From Flavobacterium sp. (GTDB lineage: Bacteria; Bacteroidota; Bacteroidia; Flavobacteriales; Flavobacteriaceae): a stretch of DNA of 51,051 bases. This document shows positions 50,135 through 51,051 of this stretch, piece after piece. The position numbers and the translations under genes were made by a program. The stretch lies in contig DAOLYL010000001.1 of NCBI GenBank assembly GCA_035425765.1, positions 1-51,051 of the forward strand, read 5' to 3'. How positions within the stretch are numbered: position 1 is the stretch's first letter; every line of letters begins with the position of its first letter. The notes beneath the pieces are model-generated. The model was not told where the DNA came from. It saw only the letters and a program-made list of their open reading frames with translations, and did no database searches.

Positions 50135-51051
50135 TTTAGACGGAACATAACCATTTAATTTTAATAGAATATAAAATCCAGTTATGATGAATGGTAACAT
50201 TATCATTAAATGTGGTTTTGTTATCATAAAACCGGTGTAAATAACCAATAAAATCAAACTTAAATTACATAGTATTTTAAAAGATTTATTCTTTGCAAAT
50301 GGTAAAATCAAAAATAACGGACTAAATAAGAGTGTATTATAATTCCAAAGAATTTCTTGATGTTCAGAGTAAAATCCAACTAAACCGAGGAAAACACCCA
50401 AAAGTCCGCAAACAAATAAATAGCTTAAAAATAAAATTCGTTTATTGATTACAATTACAAGTAGGAGCAAAGCTATTATTAAATAAATGCTGTTAAGAAA
50501 AGAAAAAGAAGCTGGTTTTTCTGTTCCTTTTACAATGATTTTTTTTTCAGAAACCAATGATTTTCCATCGATTTTAGCTTTATCTAAACTATTTAAAAGT
50601 TCAATAGGAAGAAATAATTTTTCAGCTTTCGCATCTGTTTTTATACCAAAAATCACATTAATTCCGAGCTTATACCAAAAATAATCTTCAAAATAAGGAT
50701 ACAAAACTTCTCGGTAACTTATTGATTTATCATCTACTTTTTCAAGAATTTTACCATCAAATAAACTATTGATTTTGTCAGTAACCATTGTGGTACAGTT
50801 TCTATCAATAAATTTATAGGTATAATATTTTTCAGTTGAATATAATGAAGCATTTAATGTTTCAAAGAGTTCTTGTTTTTTGTTCAAAGATAAATTTAGC
50901 GTTTGCTCAATTACTTCTCTTTCATCCAATTGGTATTCAAAAATAAAATCTTCAAACGAAGTAACGTTCATAAAATATTGCAAATCACCTTTTACAAATT
51001 TTAAGTAAAAATTCTCCGTTCTAAAATCGAAAGCACCATAATTGTAAACAA
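50114..51051 (-). CDS. DUF4105 / Lnb-like lipoprotein N-acyltransferase, 5'-truncated at the window edge
   Basis: The frame stays open to the edge (VYNYGAFDFRTENFYLKFVKGDLQY); YTYKFIDRNCTT, FLP..L, and four C-terminal TM segments. Confidence 0.75.
   Translation of the reverse strand, partial: VYNYGAFDFRTENFYLKFVKGDLQYFMNVTSFEDFIFEYQLDEREVIEQTLNLSLNKKQELFETLNASLYSTEKYYTYKFIDRNCTTMVTDKINSLFDGKILEKVDDKSISYREVLYPYFEDYFWYKLGINVIFGIKTDAKAEKLFLPIELLNSLDKAKIDGKSLVSEKKIIVKGTEKPASFSFLNSIYLIIALLLLVIVINKRILFLSYLFVCGLLGVFLGLVGFYSEHQEILWNYNTLLFSPLFLILPFAKNKSFKILCNLSLILLVIYTGFMITKPHLMIMLPFIITGFYILLKLNGYVPSKLLSSVK

Noticed and set aside
3394-50547. Homopolymer runs of 8-9 A/T (e.g. 3394-3402, 9493-9501, 40471-40479, 40877-40885, 41727-41735) as phase-variation tracts
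   Set aside because: Such runs are expected at this AT content, all host ORFs are intact, and no long G/C tracts were seen.
563-50684. Many short ORFs (60-181 aa) antisense to or out of frame within long genes, e.g. 16252-16734, 18801-19346, 39827-40132
   Set aside because: They lie largely or entirely within well-supported CDSs, show no recognisable motifs, and have the composition expected of shadow frames in AT-rich DNA.
1-51051. Mobile elements, defence systems, tRNA or rRNA genes
   Set aside because: No transposase, integrase, nuclease or structured-RNA signatures were recognised, and the intergenic gaps are all 150 bp or shorter.

Overview
AT-rich Bacteroidota DNA, most consistent with Flavobacterium (T9SS C-terminal sorting domain, TAnnTTTG -7 promoters, gene content). 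Almost the whole window is two back-to-back surface-polysaccharide loci. Locus A (980-20547) is Wzy/Wza/Wzc-type: an MBOAT plus SGNH-like acylation pair, an EpsG-type polymerase, GTs, an acyltransferase-3, an AsnB-type amidotransferase, a PglC/PglE/PglF (bacillosamine-type) initiation set with ATP-grasp, HAD and FkbM genes where PglD usually sits, then wza, wzc and a convergent PHP phosphatase. Locus B (20698-50134) is ABC-transporter (Wzm/Wzt) type: a second ATP-grasp plus HAD pair with an acetyltransferase, WecE and a WecF-like GT56, then neuB/neuC/neuA, a D-2-hydroxyacid dehydrogenase, a second MBOAT pair, many GTs, a methyltransferase, an O-antigen-ligase-family protein and a priming transferase. 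The flanks are a truncated T9SS cargo gene (left) and a truncated DUF4105/Lnb-like gene (right). The most interesting signal is the ATP-grasp + HAD module, which occurs twice, each time beside a 4-amino-6-deoxysugar aminotransferase; it is a candidate uncharacterised sugar N-acylation pathway. No RNA genes, CRISPR arrays or mobile elements were recognised. All calls come from motif recognition by eye; no database searches were run.
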